This document shows positions 10,101 to 19,139 of a DNA stretch of 55,611 nucleotides, in pieces (within the stretch, counting starts at the first letter, position 1; every line of letters starts with the position of its first letter). The stretch spans positions 1 to 55,611 of the IMG/VR virus record IMGVR_UViG_3300035670_000261; one strand, written 5' to 3'. The stretch is from a virus (taxonomy: Duplodnaviria > Caudoviricetes). A model generated the notes under the pieces. That model was not told the DNA's origin. It saw only the letters and a list, made by a program, of their open reading frames with translations, and did not search any database. Made by a program: the position numbers and the translations under genes.

Positions 10101-13100
10101 GCATTGGCGTCTATGACTCCGGCACAGCGCGATATCGCTCAACAACTGCGCCAACGGGAGCCGCGTACGCCAGCGTTTACGCTGAGCGGCGGGCGCATGT
10201 TCTTCATTACGGATAACCTTACAACCAAGCGAGAGCTTGCTGTTGTCGTGGCCCACGAAGTAGTAGGTCACTATGGGTTCCTTAAGTCTGTGGCTAGCGC
10301 TGATGGTTCGCGCCTGAGAAATAAGCTCGATGAACTCTACAATAAGTCTGCTGATATTCGCGACCGCGCCGATGCTATCATGGCGGGAACGCGTGCTAAG
10401 GATAAGTACGAAGCCATTGAAGAAGCACTAGCCGACTACGCTGGTGAGACTGAATTCAATCTGTTCCATCGTACTATTAGCTGGTTCAAAAACCTGCTGG
10501 GCAGAATGTTTGGCATTGAATTCGAAGACGCGCTTGTCGAAGCTACAATTCGCACGGCTCGCATGTACGCCAGAATGGATGTGCCTACAGTCCAAGGACC
10601 ATTGGACGAATATATTCGCGCTGCACCAGCGGCGACGGGTAGTGCAGCCACTGCCAATCCAAATGCCGGTATGTATACCGCTATCGCGGAAGCGGCCCTT
10701 CCGTTTGGCGGCGGCGTAGGCGGCGACAATTCTGGTACGCTTGGATTCCTCGGCGCAATGCGCGACCGGATGGATAAGACTGAGCTGGGGAATAATGTTA
10801 GCGCTATTCTTCAGCGCTTTGTCCGCACTGTGCAAGATGCCGGTAATAAATCGCCGATGATCGCAGCGCTAGCCGGTGTGTTTCGCGACACAGCACAAGA
10901 GAAACTATCTCTTGTTAGAGATGTGGATAGAATTCAAGACCTTATCGGAAAGATATCTGTTTTTGGCGGCGGCGGTCTGACAGATGCGCAACGACAAGAA
11001 GTATCCAACATCATGGGTGCAACACACGATGCGTTTATTCGTAGGTACGCTGAAGAAGCTGATAATCTTGAAGAAGCGCACGGACCGCTCGCTATTATCA
11101 AACCTAATGGCGATATCGAGATTAACGAAGCTGCGTTCGAGGCATACGAAACCTTCGGCACAATGACGCCAGATGAATTGAATGCTGGCTTCGATACGTT
11201 CTACGCGGACGGCACGAAGAACTATTCGTTCAACAAGAAAGACTCTCCGGTTAAGTTATCATCGCCGATCACTGGAGCAGATGACCCACGTTATCAAGCC
11301 TATGTAGAAATGCGTAGAGCTAATAACTTCATTGCTCGCAAGCGACTGGAGAATCTGATCGAAGGTTTGGGTGGCGGTCTTATCGAGCAAGGCGACCGCA
11401 TTCTGAATAACCATTCGTTCAGCCGTGACATATCTAACGATGATGCTAAGTGGTTGGCTGCGGTTGGTCGCTACTATCTCACGCTGCGCGGGCAAGATGT
11501 CACTGCTGAAAATCCAAACCCGGCAAGCCGTGCAGAAGAGTGGCTGGAATCTATTCTCCAAGTAATGCACGACAACCAGTTTGCAAAAGCGTGGATAGAT
11601 GGCACCGCAAGTGATGCGGACTTAGCGGCTAAGCCGCGCCTAAAGTATGCGGTCGATCCGGATATTCGTAAGTCTATTACCAAGGATATCATCGCTGGTA
11701 TTCCGGGTATTAGATCGCTCAAGCCTACTCGCGAGCAGCAATACGATATCCTCGGCTCTCTGCGCCGCCAGTTGCTTGGCATAACGGATATCAAAGCAGA
11801 AGACGCCAGAGCTAGGCAGACTATTGCCGGTGGGTATTTCGGCAAACAACGCGAAGGCGACTGGATGATCCGCATGTCCATGCGCTATGTGGACGGTCCT
11901 AATGCCGGACAGTTCGTCGTTATGCCAGCTGAGGTGCGTGAAAAACTTCCGTTTATGATGACGCGCACACAGCCAGAAGCTTTGGCTGAGGCTACTAAGA
12001 TCACCGAGCAATTTGGCGACGACTTTGATTTTGTCGAAGACAGTGGCGCTACGCGTAAAGTTAAGTTCGTCCCTATCGTAGAACGTGCGGCTAAGACCGC
12101 CGGTCTTGCTGAGATGCCATCGATCTACGTCGTTCGTTCAGTTCTTGAGCGACTCGGTGTGAACCTCAAGCCCAACGATATTGAGAAGTTGGTTATCGGT
12201 TTGACTAAAGCCGGTGATCGTGCACGTAAGACCATGCTGCAATACAGCGGCACGCCGGGCTGGGATAAGGACGTTATCAAGAGCAACGCCAACTGGCAGG
12301 TCAACAATACTTCGTTGGCCGCTAAGATGAAATTCCGCTGGCAGTTTGATAACGCACTGGATAACCAGAGTCTGCGTAGGGGTTCAATAGAAAAACTTCG
12401 TGAGCTTGAAGCGGCCCATAAAGCTGCAACGAATGTTGCGCAGAAAATGGAAACCAGGACCGCCCTATTGCAGTACCTGCGCCAGTACGCAACGGTAGCG
12501 CCGATTGAGGTGGGAGCGGATACGGTAACTGTAGAGGTTGATGGTAAACCAGTAACGCGGCGCTTGGAGGGTCGAGCCGAAGAGTTTAATGAGCTGGCTA
12601 AAAATCTAGTTCGTTTCTACACCACCCGCCGCGACGTCGTTGAAGATATCGATAGTTACTTGGAGCAATTCACAGGGCCGCTTCGTTCGTTTGCGGCTAT
12701 TATGTTCTTGGGTGGCACATTCTCCAGCGGTTTTATACAGTTGTTCTCGCTGTATACATCGTTTGCGCCGTACATGGCTGATATTAATTCGCGCACTGGA
12801 TATGGTGGGGGATTCGGCGACGGTCGTGTCATGGCCGAGATGCATTCTATCATAGCTAAAATCGGAAGCCCGACGTTCGGGGCTGACGAAATCTTCCAAA
12901 ATATCTATGACAAAAAAACTTGGGCCTCTCGCGGACTGAGCGAACGGCAATCTCTTTTTATGAGTGAAGCAGAGCGCGGCAATAATCTAGGCGCGTCTAA
13001 CATACTTACTCTAATGGGCCAGACTAATAGCCCAAATATGAGTGTGCTTACTCGCAAGTTTATCGAAAAGTGGATGTCGCTGTTCGTCGCTGGCGAGCAG

Positions 13101-14303
13101 TTCAATAGGCGTGTGGCGTATCTCACTGCCTATAACCTATATTCAGAGCGGCTTATCGAAGCCGGGCTTGATCCGGCAACGCTCACCGATAAGAATTCTG
13201 ACGCCTTTAAATCTATTATGCGAGAGGTGGAGAAAGCTGTAGACCAGAGCCAGGGTCAATACGCTCTATGGAATAGCCCGGAATTCTTCCGTGGTCCGCT
13301 TGGTCGTGTCGTCTTTATGTTTAAGATGTTCCCGGTCACGGTCGTGCAGCTCATGGGCAACGTATCCAACCGCCAGAAAATCCAGATGTTGGCGCTGCTG
13401 TTCTTGCTCGCCGGACTGAAGGGACTCCCGTTCGCAGAAGACCTTATGGATATCATAGATGGTATAATGCAGCGCTTTGGAATTCGCCAAGCCAGCGTCG
13501 AGCAGGCGCTTAACGAGTTTGTATACGACACTGCTATACTGCTTGGAGCCGACGAAGGGACCGCCAGTACCGTTACCATTGGTGTTATGCGTGGCTGGCT
13601 TGATGTTATGATCGGTGGATCGTTCTCGCCACGGCTGGGCTTGGGCGATCTCATTCCATTTACCGGACTGCTGCGCGAAGGCGTCGATGTCGGGCGTGAA
13701 TTTGAAAGCGGCTTCGGTCCTGTGTGGGCTGCGATGACCAGCCTTGTTAATTACGGTGGGCTGGCTGCCGATCTTGGGCTGCAATACACCGGCTTTAAGG
13801 ACCGCACGGGCGATCTGTCTCAGCTTATCCGCGAGTCGCCATTTGCTGGTATACGCCAGCTGGAAGCGCTTATGTGGGGCATGGATGGCGAGGTAACAGA
13901 CAAGCAAGGCCGTGTCGTATTTGACGATGTGGGTGCTAACACGCTAGCTCTGCGCGCCCTTGGTTTCTATCCCGCTGAAGCTACCAGGGCTAATGACATC
14001 GTGCGGCTCGGTCGTTACACAAGCGACTACGTTAAGCGGATATCTGCCAGTTATCGCAATGCTTGGTCAGATGCTCGCCGCCGTGGCGATAGGGAGCGCA
14101 TGCGTGAAATCGAACGGGCTGTGAGGGAATGGAACGCGGCGGCAAGGCAAGAAGGCAACGAGGATTATATCATCGAAGACTTCCGTGCCCGCGCTATGCG
14201 CTCATCTGAAGAACGTATGCGTGGTACTGTCGAGCGGTACCAACGCACAACGGATTTGGAATCGACAGAACGTCTGGCGCAAGTATATGGGCTGGAAGAT
14301 TAG
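7149..14303 (+). CDS. Giant internal virion / polyvalent-type protein (2384 aa) with a zincin-like HExxGH motif
   Basis: AGGA RBS; hydrophobic Gly/Ala-rich N-terminus, Pro-rich linker, AHEVVGHYG...EEALAD motif, C-terminal region with FMFKMFP/GLKGLPFAEDL resembling large podoviral ejection proteins. Confidence 0.8.
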   Translation: MAREPRSSAFASPTLQATGLGLPSDPYSMFDTSTTDIGMAGLRTESIPDYAGLIRQQGQAAIDSFSAPMANTGSQLSPSIFYSPSTRRLNVGGFEFSEEDAASALQSEQYLGRPATPSAEATDWYALPESAYSSYIESVRNPTRGELFSRGFQRGVLGMQTLLGSGLQFAGAEEAGAGLVSDAARQLQMYEPYQRQFTDIDDPSEAIDWAVSSFGELLPSVIESGAVALGGFAAGTVGGGGNPLVGAGAAISGLVGRQAWRQTALQAARTYAARRAAGDAPRVALQAIGREGRDALRQASALGALTVNNYMTGVADTYNELRQSGADPADIEARMLSAFAGIPYAAFETVPEALLMDRLLGGRFLSNFRGQPLRRVAAGAGAGAGIEALAEAGQEATVLGASSLFNNREFLTDENLARLVNSAAAGALGGAIFGGIGGVTAPSDPVDVLNNPSPPPPPPPPSEPGPGMGGFEFEQPFPVEPPPPPPEPFVFTGDVAEAPTEFTPSPGLGMAPGAARLRRAAAQPTAQLDLRRPLRTGEGPGLPLEPPAQRTAEGYFEQRPDIQVEQYYQGVDRNNLYRGDVSPREAAIPPRGAGALRAGPNRRGGTVVAIPPATQPRQTVSATPEPTPTQVAPLSIIPSPPIPPPLGMRPTTINLRRGRKPATPSGKQRIKKTVALKPEYFTGRMPQAVTDFKNEIEATPEAERSAIQLAWLGDYDRMAAEAAAQQVQEGESNAAQEPSPTQVPVGEQPEARKRIRRGNAKQPEAAGARDEGQAEPEINEEKVVDAVIAASQKAEGKEKEAALRSMRAVISSKKLGLTQAEKDEAARRLGVPPMQTPEARAARGKAFVDQKARAAALWNDVSNTAFIKAVDNVSRARNDESRAKAQNELIDFILQNKDFVDAWATHYKGPDGKRRKRRENQADIIQATLEEINRRENIKPAPPTPDAQRPPLNYGVARMYIQRLVSKISKNLRNHIGVHRNWDDALASMTPAQRDIAQQLRQREPRTPAFTLSGGRMFFITDNLTTKRELAVVVAHEVVGHYGFLKSVASADGSRLRNKLDELYNKSADIRDRADAIMAGTRAKDKYEAIEEALADYAGETEFNLFHRTISWFKNLLGRMFGIEFEDALVEATIRTARMYARMDVPTVQGPLDEYIRAAPAATGSAATANPNAGMYTAIAEAALPFGGGVGGDNSGTLGFLGAMRDRMDKTELGNNVSAILQRFVRTVQDAGNKSPMIAALAGVFRDTAQEKLSLVRDVDRIQDLIGKISVFGGGGLTDAQRQEVSNIMGATHDAFIRRYAEEADNLEEAHGPLAIIKPNGDIEINEAAFEAYETFGTMTPDELNAGFDTFYADGTKNYSFNKKDSPVKLSSPITGADDPRYQAYVEMRRANNFIARKRLENLIEGLGGGLIEQGDRILNNHSFSRDISNDDAKWLAAVGRYYLTLRGQDVTAENPNPASRAEEWLESILQVMHDNQFAKAWIDGTASDADLAAKPRLKYAVDPDIRKSITKDIIAGIPGIRSLKPTREQQYDILGSLRRQLLGITDIKAEDARARQTIAGGYFGKQREGDWMIRMSMRYVDGPNAGQFVVMPAEVREKLPFMMTRTQPEALAEATKITEQFGDDFDFVEDSGATRKVKFVPIVERAAKTAGLAEMPSIYVVRSVLERLGVNLKPNDIEKLVIGLTKAGDRARKTMLQYSGTPGWDKDVIKSNANWQVNNTSLAAKMKFRWQFDNALDNQSLRRGSIEKLRELEAAHKAATNVAQKMETRTALLQYLRQYATVAPIEVGADTVTVEVDGKPVTRRLEGRAEEFNELAKNLVRFYTTRRDVVEDIDSYLEQFTGPLRSFAAIMFLGGTFSSGFIQLFSLYTSFAPYMADINSRTGYGGGFGDGRVMAEMHSIIAKIGSPTFGADEIFQNIYDKKTWASRGLSERQSLFMSEAERGNNLGASNILTLMGQTNSPNMSVLTRKFIEKWMSLFVAGEQFNRRVAYLTAYNLYSERLIEAGLDPATLTDKNSDAFKSIMREVEKAVDQSQGQYALWNSPEFFRGPLGRVVFMFKMFPVTVVQLMGNVSNRQKIQMLALLFLLAGLKGLPFAEDLMDIIDGIMQRFGIRQASVEQALNEFVYDTAILLGADEGTASTVTIGVMRGWLDVMIGGSFSPRLGLGDLIPFTGLLREGVDVGREFESGFGPVWAAMTSLVNYGGLAADLGLQYTGFKDRTGDLSQLIRESPFAGIRQLEALMWGMDGEVTDKQGRVVFDDVGANTLALRALGFYPAEATRANDIVRLGRYTSDYVKRISASYRNAWSDARRRGDRERMREIERAVREWNAAARQEGNEDYIIEDFRARAMRSSEERMRGTVERYQRTTDLESTERLAQVYGLED
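9346..9498 (+). CDS. Nested (overprinted, +1 frame) 50-aa basic protein MPLKSQAQRRYLWANNPKLAREFEEATP...
   Basis: AAGGAG 6 nt before ATG; resembles small phage proteins of the MP(F/L)KSxxQRRxxWAxxP type (from recall, unsearched). Confidence 0.65.
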   Translation: MPLKSQAQRRYLWANNPKLAREFEEATPNNRKLPERVTKGKLNRKSTKKK

Positions 14304-14332
14304 AGAATATGTTCGACAATCTGCCATTGGCC

Positions 14333-14608
14333 TCAGTCATCGTTCATGTCTCCGTAGAAATTCGTTCCGAGGAACCGGTCGCTAATGGCTACCGGCGCAC
14401 GCCTCCCGGTGGCCCGCTCCATCGCATCACGGACGGCGGCGGCTTTGCTCAAGTCAGGCCCGCGATAAACCACGGCCCAGCCGCCGTTCTGCATGTACCG
14501 GCGAACTTCGTAGGTCTTCTTTGCTGTCATCTGCATCACTCCGTTGATGATCCGATGTAGGTTGTAAAGGGCGGCGCGCTCCTCACTCGTCGTGCTGCCA
14601 TCGCTCAT
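14333..14608 (-). CDS. Hypothetical protein (91 aa)
   Basis: ATG immediately after the pentapeptide gene stop, with AAGGAG upstream. Confidence 0.55.
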   Translation of the reverse strand: MSDGSTTSEERAALYNLHRIINGVMQMTAKKTYEVRRYMQNGGWAVVYRGPDLSKAAAVRDAMERATGRRAPVAISDRFLGTNFYGDMNDD

Positions 14609-14609
14609 G

Positions 14610-15392
14610 TCACTCTGCTCCTTCGGGGTGGGTGTGGGTGGCGAGAGCAGCCGCACGCGCTTCAATAAACGCGATGATTGCCAGGGTCTCCTCAGCCTTA
14701 GGCGTGCCGGCATAACTCGCGGCGACGTGCGCGCGATATTCTTCTGGTGAGCAATTACGGCACCCCGCCACGATGCGCACGCCCTTGTCCGTGTCGTAAG
14801 CGATGAAATGGTAGGGATCGGTCACGCGCTGAACGGTAGTAACGAGGCGCTTGATTGTCACGCCGTCCAAGTCCGCGCCGGCCAAGTCCGCGCCGGCCAA
14901 GTCCGCGCGGGCCAAGTTCGCGCCGGCCAAGTCCGCGCCGGCCAAGTCCGCGCCGGCCAAGTCCGCGCCGAACAAGTTCGCGCCGTCCAAGTTCGCGCCG
15001 GCCAAGTTCGCGCCGGCCAAGTCCGCGCCGAACAAGTTCGCGCGGGCCAAGTTCGCGCCGTCCAAGTTCGCGCCGGCCAAGTTCGCGCCGGCCAAGTACG
15101 CGCGGGCCAAGTTCGCGCCGAACAAGTTCGCGCCGGCCAAGTGCGCGCCGGCCAAGTGCGCGCCGAACAAGTTCGCGCGGGCCAAGTACGCGCCGGCCAA
15201 GTTCGCGCCGAACAAGTTCGCGCCGGCCAAGTGCGCGCCGGCCAAGTCCGCGCCGGCCAAGTCCGCGCGGGCTTTCACCGCCCACCTCACCGCGAGGCCG
15301 AGCTTGAGCGGTGTCGAGGCGCCCTCTTCGCACTCAATATCAGCGGTGAACTGCACTGCGCCGCTAAAGCGGTTTCTGACCTCAAACTTCAC
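14610..15392 (-). CDS. Pentapeptide-repeat protein
   Basis: 27 A(N/D/H/Y)L(A/F/D)(G/R) repeats; GGGAGAG RBS; C-terminal xAGCR domain common in phage pentapeptide proteins. Confidence 0.92.
   Translation of the reverse strand: MKFEVRNRFSGAVQFTADIECEEGASTPLKLGLAVRWAVKARADLAGADLAGAHLAGANLFGANLAGAYLARANLFGAHLAGAHLAGANLFGANLARAYLAGANLAGANLDGANLARANLFGADLAGANLAGANLDGANLFGADLAGADLAGADLAGANLARADLAGADLAGADLDGVTIKRLVTTVQRVTDPYHFIAYDTDKGVRIVAGCRNCSPEEYRAHVAASYAGTPKAEETLAIIAFIEARAAALATHTHPEGAE
14862..15266. repeat. 15-bp tandem repeat, 27 units (coding)
   Basis: Minus-strand unit GCG nAC TTG (GCC/TTC/GAC) (G/C)GC. Confidence 0.95.
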
Positions 15393-15519
15393 ATCTCTCT
15401 CCCTGTGTCTGGAAGTGGTTAGCGGGAAAAGCGACGAGCGGAGTCGCTAGGGGTCATGGGGTGCTCCGGTTTCATGCTGCGCGCTTGTTCCATGGCTTGA
15501 ACGTCGCGATGGCTTAGTT

Positions 15520-15807
15520 CTAGTGAGTGTCATTTCTCGTCTCTAATCGATTAAGCACTAGCGTCGCATAGCCGGCGATATCTCGCCAGTTATCCGTGTA
15601 ATCAGGGTCGCCGTTAATGATGCGCGATATCTTATCTAAGATAGTATCTAGTGCTTGCTTTTGATCTGGCTCCAACTCAAGCCAGTTTCCACTGGCCCTA
15701 AGTAACTCTTTCATACACATGGCTAGAACCGCATGACTGTAGAAATCTCCGTATCTCTCGCCACGCTCGCGTAAAACTTGGTCTACGGATTTGCCTTTAT
15801 CGCCCAC
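15520..15807 (-). CDS. DUF6378-like protein
   Basis: L.ERG..YGDF...KISRIINGDPDY.DNWRDIAGYATL signature. Confidence 0.7.
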   Translation of the reverse strand: MGDKGKSVDQVLRERGERYGDFYSHAVLAMCMKELLRASGNWLELEPDQKQALDTILDKISRIINGDPDYTDNWRDIAGYATLVLNRLETRNDTH

Positions 15808-15971
15808 TTTTTATCTCTTCTGTTTGCTCTATACGTTACACCAGCTACAATACCGATTGATACGCCTAGCTCTTTAGCAATGCGCCCGAAGGATTTACCT
15901 TCTTTGTATAGCTTAACAATTAGCGCATTTCGATCAGGATGCATTTCTTTCTTATTGCGCCTACGGATCAT
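15783..15971 (-). CDS. Small HTH protein, GcrA-N-terminus-like
   Basis: LIVKLYKEGKSFGRIAKELGVSIGIVAGVTYR helix-turn-helix. Confidence 0.6.
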   Translation of the reverse strand: MIRRRNKKEMHPDRNALIVKLYKEGKSFGRIAKELGVSIGIVAGVTYRANRRDKKWAIKANP

Positions 15972-18796
15972 TGGACCACCTTTAGTTTCGTGAGAAGCCC
16001 GGCTTCGAAGGCTTCCTCCGTATCGTTGAGGATATTCGCAAGCCGTTGCGTATTCAAGTCAAATCCTAATACGTACGATTGTCCTGTCTTGATCGGCGTA
16101 TCTTTTCCGAGACTCACCTTGTCATACGGTGGGCGCACGACTGCCTGTGCGCTGTCCATGTCCTGCGCAAATGTTTTGTAGTCTGCATTGATCGACGTAA
16201 GCCAACGGCGGAAGTGCGTGCGGTGGATATACATAATACCCTTGGTAAATTTAGATGAGGCGGTGGGCCTATAAAGTTCGTAGCGAATACGCACATCGCT
16301 GCGCGGAATGCGGCTGAAATCTGCGACGCCCTTGCCGGTTCCGGTATAAGTAACCGTAACTGCTGCGTCTGCGTTGTCATTGATATAGTCAGCCAGCAAA
16401 TCGAACGAGTCTGACTTATTTTCAGCCACTGACTTGCGGATTACTCCAAGCTGCGCGAGAGCCCATTGAGTGCCAATAGCATAGTCATACTTCAACAATC
16501 CAAGCCCGGCTGCAATCTCCGAAGCAAAGTCTTGGAGTAACACAGCTTGTTCCCAGTATCGTTCTTGTCCGGAAAACTTTGCTTTGTATTTGGTTGCGAA
16601 CCTAGCCTTGTGGTCATCGAGCATCGACCTAAGTTGTTCTTCTCCGAGTCCGATTATATGCTTTATGAACTCACGACCAACCAGTCCGTAGTTGCTGGTG
16701 ATATGTTTGTACATAGCCGCACCGGCGTTAGAGTTAGCAACAAATAGTTTATTGCTGGTTATAGTAAGCTCAAGCAGTCTCGCGACTTGCGCGTCAGTGT
16801 CATAGCCAGAAGTAAGAAGCTTTGATTGTAGCGACTTGTTGGTCGACACGATAACAGGAAGCGCCCATGTCTTCGGCGACCGCTCATCTGCTGCGCGGCT
16901 AAGCCTAGCCTTATCCTTACCCTGTGATACCCAATACAGAAAGTCTCCGATCTGGCTATCGTCCATCATGGTAGCTTCATCGATTGTCATAGGTAAGTTA
17001 GCGTACAAACCCATACGATGGAACAATGCGTTCTGTGTATACTTGGCTCCGTAATGCAGCTGATCTGGATTACCCCAGATAGACTGCGCCCATAGTTGAG
17101 CTAGAGTTTTGCCCGATCCTGTTGGACCATAGAGAGAAACGGTCATACCGCGAAGGCCGGTCAGCGCAAACAGCGGTGCCGAGAAGCTCATCCCAAGGCA
17201 GAACATATGAGCCGGCATGTTTGCTTTTTCTAGGATGGCGGTGCCGTCAACCCATACATCGCGTGTACCTGCCGTGGTGAAATAGTCCACGCTAGACAAG
17301 GAAGATGTAGCAATAGACACCTTATCTTCGACGACGGTCCCGCTCTCATCTGCGTGTATGACGGTATCGCCCAAGACGAATTGTTTGTAATTATCCTTCC
17401 AACCCATAGAAGAATATAGATTGGTCAGGTCTTTGACCCTACGAAGCTCCTCCATGTATGATCTAAGCATAAGCTGGAAATACTCCGTTACTTTCCTATT
17501 ATATAGCACGATGCCTTGGTCTGCTATAGTAGTAGAAAAATCTTTCATAAGAGATTCAGTTAGATATGCCTGCCGAAACTTAAGCTCGACCCACCCACGA
17601 TGCGGGCGCTTCCAATGGTACCGAACGACTTCATAGCCGGCGACTTCATCAAGCCCATAGCTCACGGGGTAAATTTCAAACGGACAGATATCGATATCCG
17701 TCTCGTCTACAGTAAGTTTCATCCCTGATTTGGTACGCTTGAATGGTGCTGGTACAGGTATGTCGTGCGCCATCTGGTCAGGCGCATCCGGAGCCGGCGG
17801 TGCTTCCTGATACTCTTTGCCGAGCTGCACGGGCGACGTAATGTTGCCTTTGTACTTACAGCTTTTGCATCCATCTGGATTAAGAGAAGCAAACTTTTCG
17901 CACGTTGTAGGTCCAGTTACCTTGGTCTTCCATTGACTAAGTTTCTTTAGGGTATCGATCTCACTGAACTCAGGATGCCCCTTGCTCCACTCGATAGCTG
18001 TTTCTTCTGGATTGGTTGTATAGGCCGCTACTCCGAGCAGCGCATACCACAATGGTTCGTCTACATTTTCTGGGTTCTTTATAGCCGCCGCGACTTGTCC
18101 GCACTTTGTAGCTACTGCATTGGCGCGTGCCTCCGGCCAATCTTGATTAACAGCGAGGTTGTTAATCAACGTGCTAGTGCGCTTCGGCTTCGGTGTTACT
18201 AGCTTAGCAATTACATCTGGGTCGCATGGCGGCGCGTCCAGCAAAACGGTTACTTCTCGCTCTCCGCTATCGCTAATGTGATATGTACCTGGGGCGCGGA
18301 GCACTCGCGCCGAGTCTCCAGTTACTGCCGGGTCGGCTACAAGTCCATGAGACTGCCATAATTGTTTGAGTGCAGCGGCAAGCGGCATCCATTCTTCGGG
18401 CGGAAGCGGGCGAGTTAAAACCCAATAGGCATGGAATCCCATGCCTGATGACAGAATCATCGGCATAGGCAGGCCTGCGGCCTGCACGAAATCATGTATA
18501 GCTTTCAGCGCTTCCTTGCGCTTGGCGTAACTATTGCGTGGCTTACCGACGTCCACATCGATAGCTAAAATCTTAGTATAATATACGTTCTCTTGCTTGC
18601 GGCCTTTGTTTAACTTAAACGAAGAGATCGCATAGTACGCGTTTAGTTTTTTGTTGCTTAGGATTTGCAGAAAATCGGACAGGTCTTCGCGCGTGGAGAA
18701 AAAACGAACCTTACCGCCTTCTGGTAAGACGGTGAAAGCTGCGTAGTAGCCATCATCGGGAAGAACGCGCCGCAAAAATTCCAGCGTGTTCATCAT
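15968..18796 (-). CDS. Primase-helicase (AEP/RepB-type primase plus DUF927-type ATPase)
   Basis: DVD, SSGMGFHAYW and RVLRAPGT primase motifs; Cys cluster; Walker A GPTGSGKT; Walker B TIDE. Confidence 0.85.
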   Translation of the reverse strand: MMNTLEFLRRVLPDDGYYAAFTVLPEGGKVRFFSTREDLSDFLQILSNKKLNAYYAISSFKLNKGRKQENVYYTKILAIDVDVGKPRNSYAKRKEALKAIHDFVQAAGLPMPMILSSGMGFHAYWVLTRPLPPEEWMPLAAALKQLWQSHGLVADPAVTGDSARVLRAPGTYHISDSGEREVTVLLDAPPCDPDVIAKLVTPKPKRTSTLINNLAVNQDWPEARANAVATKCGQVAAAIKNPENVDEPLWYALLGVAAYTTNPEETAIEWSKGHPEFSEIDTLKKLSQWKTKVTGPTTCEKFASLNPDGCKSCKYKGNITSPVQLGKEYQEAPPAPDAPDQMAHDIPVPAPFKRTKSGMKLTVDETDIDICPFEIYPVSYGLDEVAGYEVVRYHWKRPHRGWVELKFRQAYLTESLMKDFSTTIADQGIVLYNRKVTEYFQLMLRSYMEELRRVKDLTNLYSSMGWKDNYKQFVLGDTVIHADESGTVVEDKVSIATSSLSSVDYFTTAGTRDVWVDGTAILEKANMPAHMFCLGMSFSAPLFALTGLRGMTVSLYGPTGSGKTLAQLWAQSIWGNPDQLHYGAKYTQNALFHRMGLYANLPMTIDEATMMDDSQIGDFLYWVSQGKDKARLSRAADERSPKTWALPVIVSTNKSLQSKLLTSGYDTDAQVARLLELTITSNKLFVANSNAGAAMYKHITSNYGLVGREFIKHIIGLGEEQLRSMLDDHKARFATKYKAKFSGQERYWEQAVLLQDFASEIAAGLGLLKYDYAIGTQWALAQLGVIRKSVAENKSDSFDLLADYINDNADAAVTVTYTGTGKGVADFSRIPRSDVRIRYELYRPTASSKFTKGIMYIHRTHFRRWLTSINADYKTFAQDMDSAQAVVRPPYDKVSLGKDTPIKTGQSYVLGFDLNTQRLANILNDTEEAFEAGLLTKLKVVQ

Positions 18797-18815
18797 GCTT
18801 AATCCTTAGCGGAAG

Positions 18816-18837
18816 GCGGCGGAGTTTCCCCCGCCGC
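18816..18837 (-). other. GAAA-tetraloop hairpin without U-tract, upstream of the primase RBS
   Basis: GCGGCGGGG-GAAA-CUCCGCCGC. Confidence 0.55.
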
Positions 18838-18848
18838 AAACAACCACT

Positions 18849-19139
18849 TTACGACTGCCGCTTTGCAACGGCAAGAAGCATATCAAGTCTATCTTTCGGA
18901 TCGGCTGCGATAACATCGGGAGTAGGCCATGAGTGTTCTGTGAGTATGGTCAGTAACTCACGCACACGGGTCTTAAGCTTTCGTTCCAAAGGCGCACGCG
19001 GGTAGCACCCGCGCTGCCAATTGTACCAAGTCTCCCTAGATACTCCTAAATACTTACAGATATCTTTAACAGTTAGGAGCATGTGTCGCCGCAGTGCTTC
19101 CACCTTACCGAAATCTATTCGGTTCGGTGTATTAGTCAT
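18849..19139 (-). CDS. XRE/Cro-like HTH regulator
   Basis: LTVKDICKYLGVSRETWYNWQRG. Confidence 0.8.
   Translation of the reverse strand: MTNTPNRIDFGKVEALRRHMLLTVKDICKYLGVSRETWYNWQRGCYPRAPLERKLKTRVRELLTILTEHSWPTPDVIAADPKDRLDMLLAVAKRQS

Noticed and set aside
14862-15266. Diversity-generating retroelement target
   Set aside because: No reverse transcriptase or template repeat is present, and the middle A of the nAC codon never varies.
14755-15450. Long alternative-frame ORFs over the pentapeptide array
   Set aside because: They are by-products of a stop-free 15-bp repeat; only the A-x-L-x-G frame has an RBS and sensible flanking domains.
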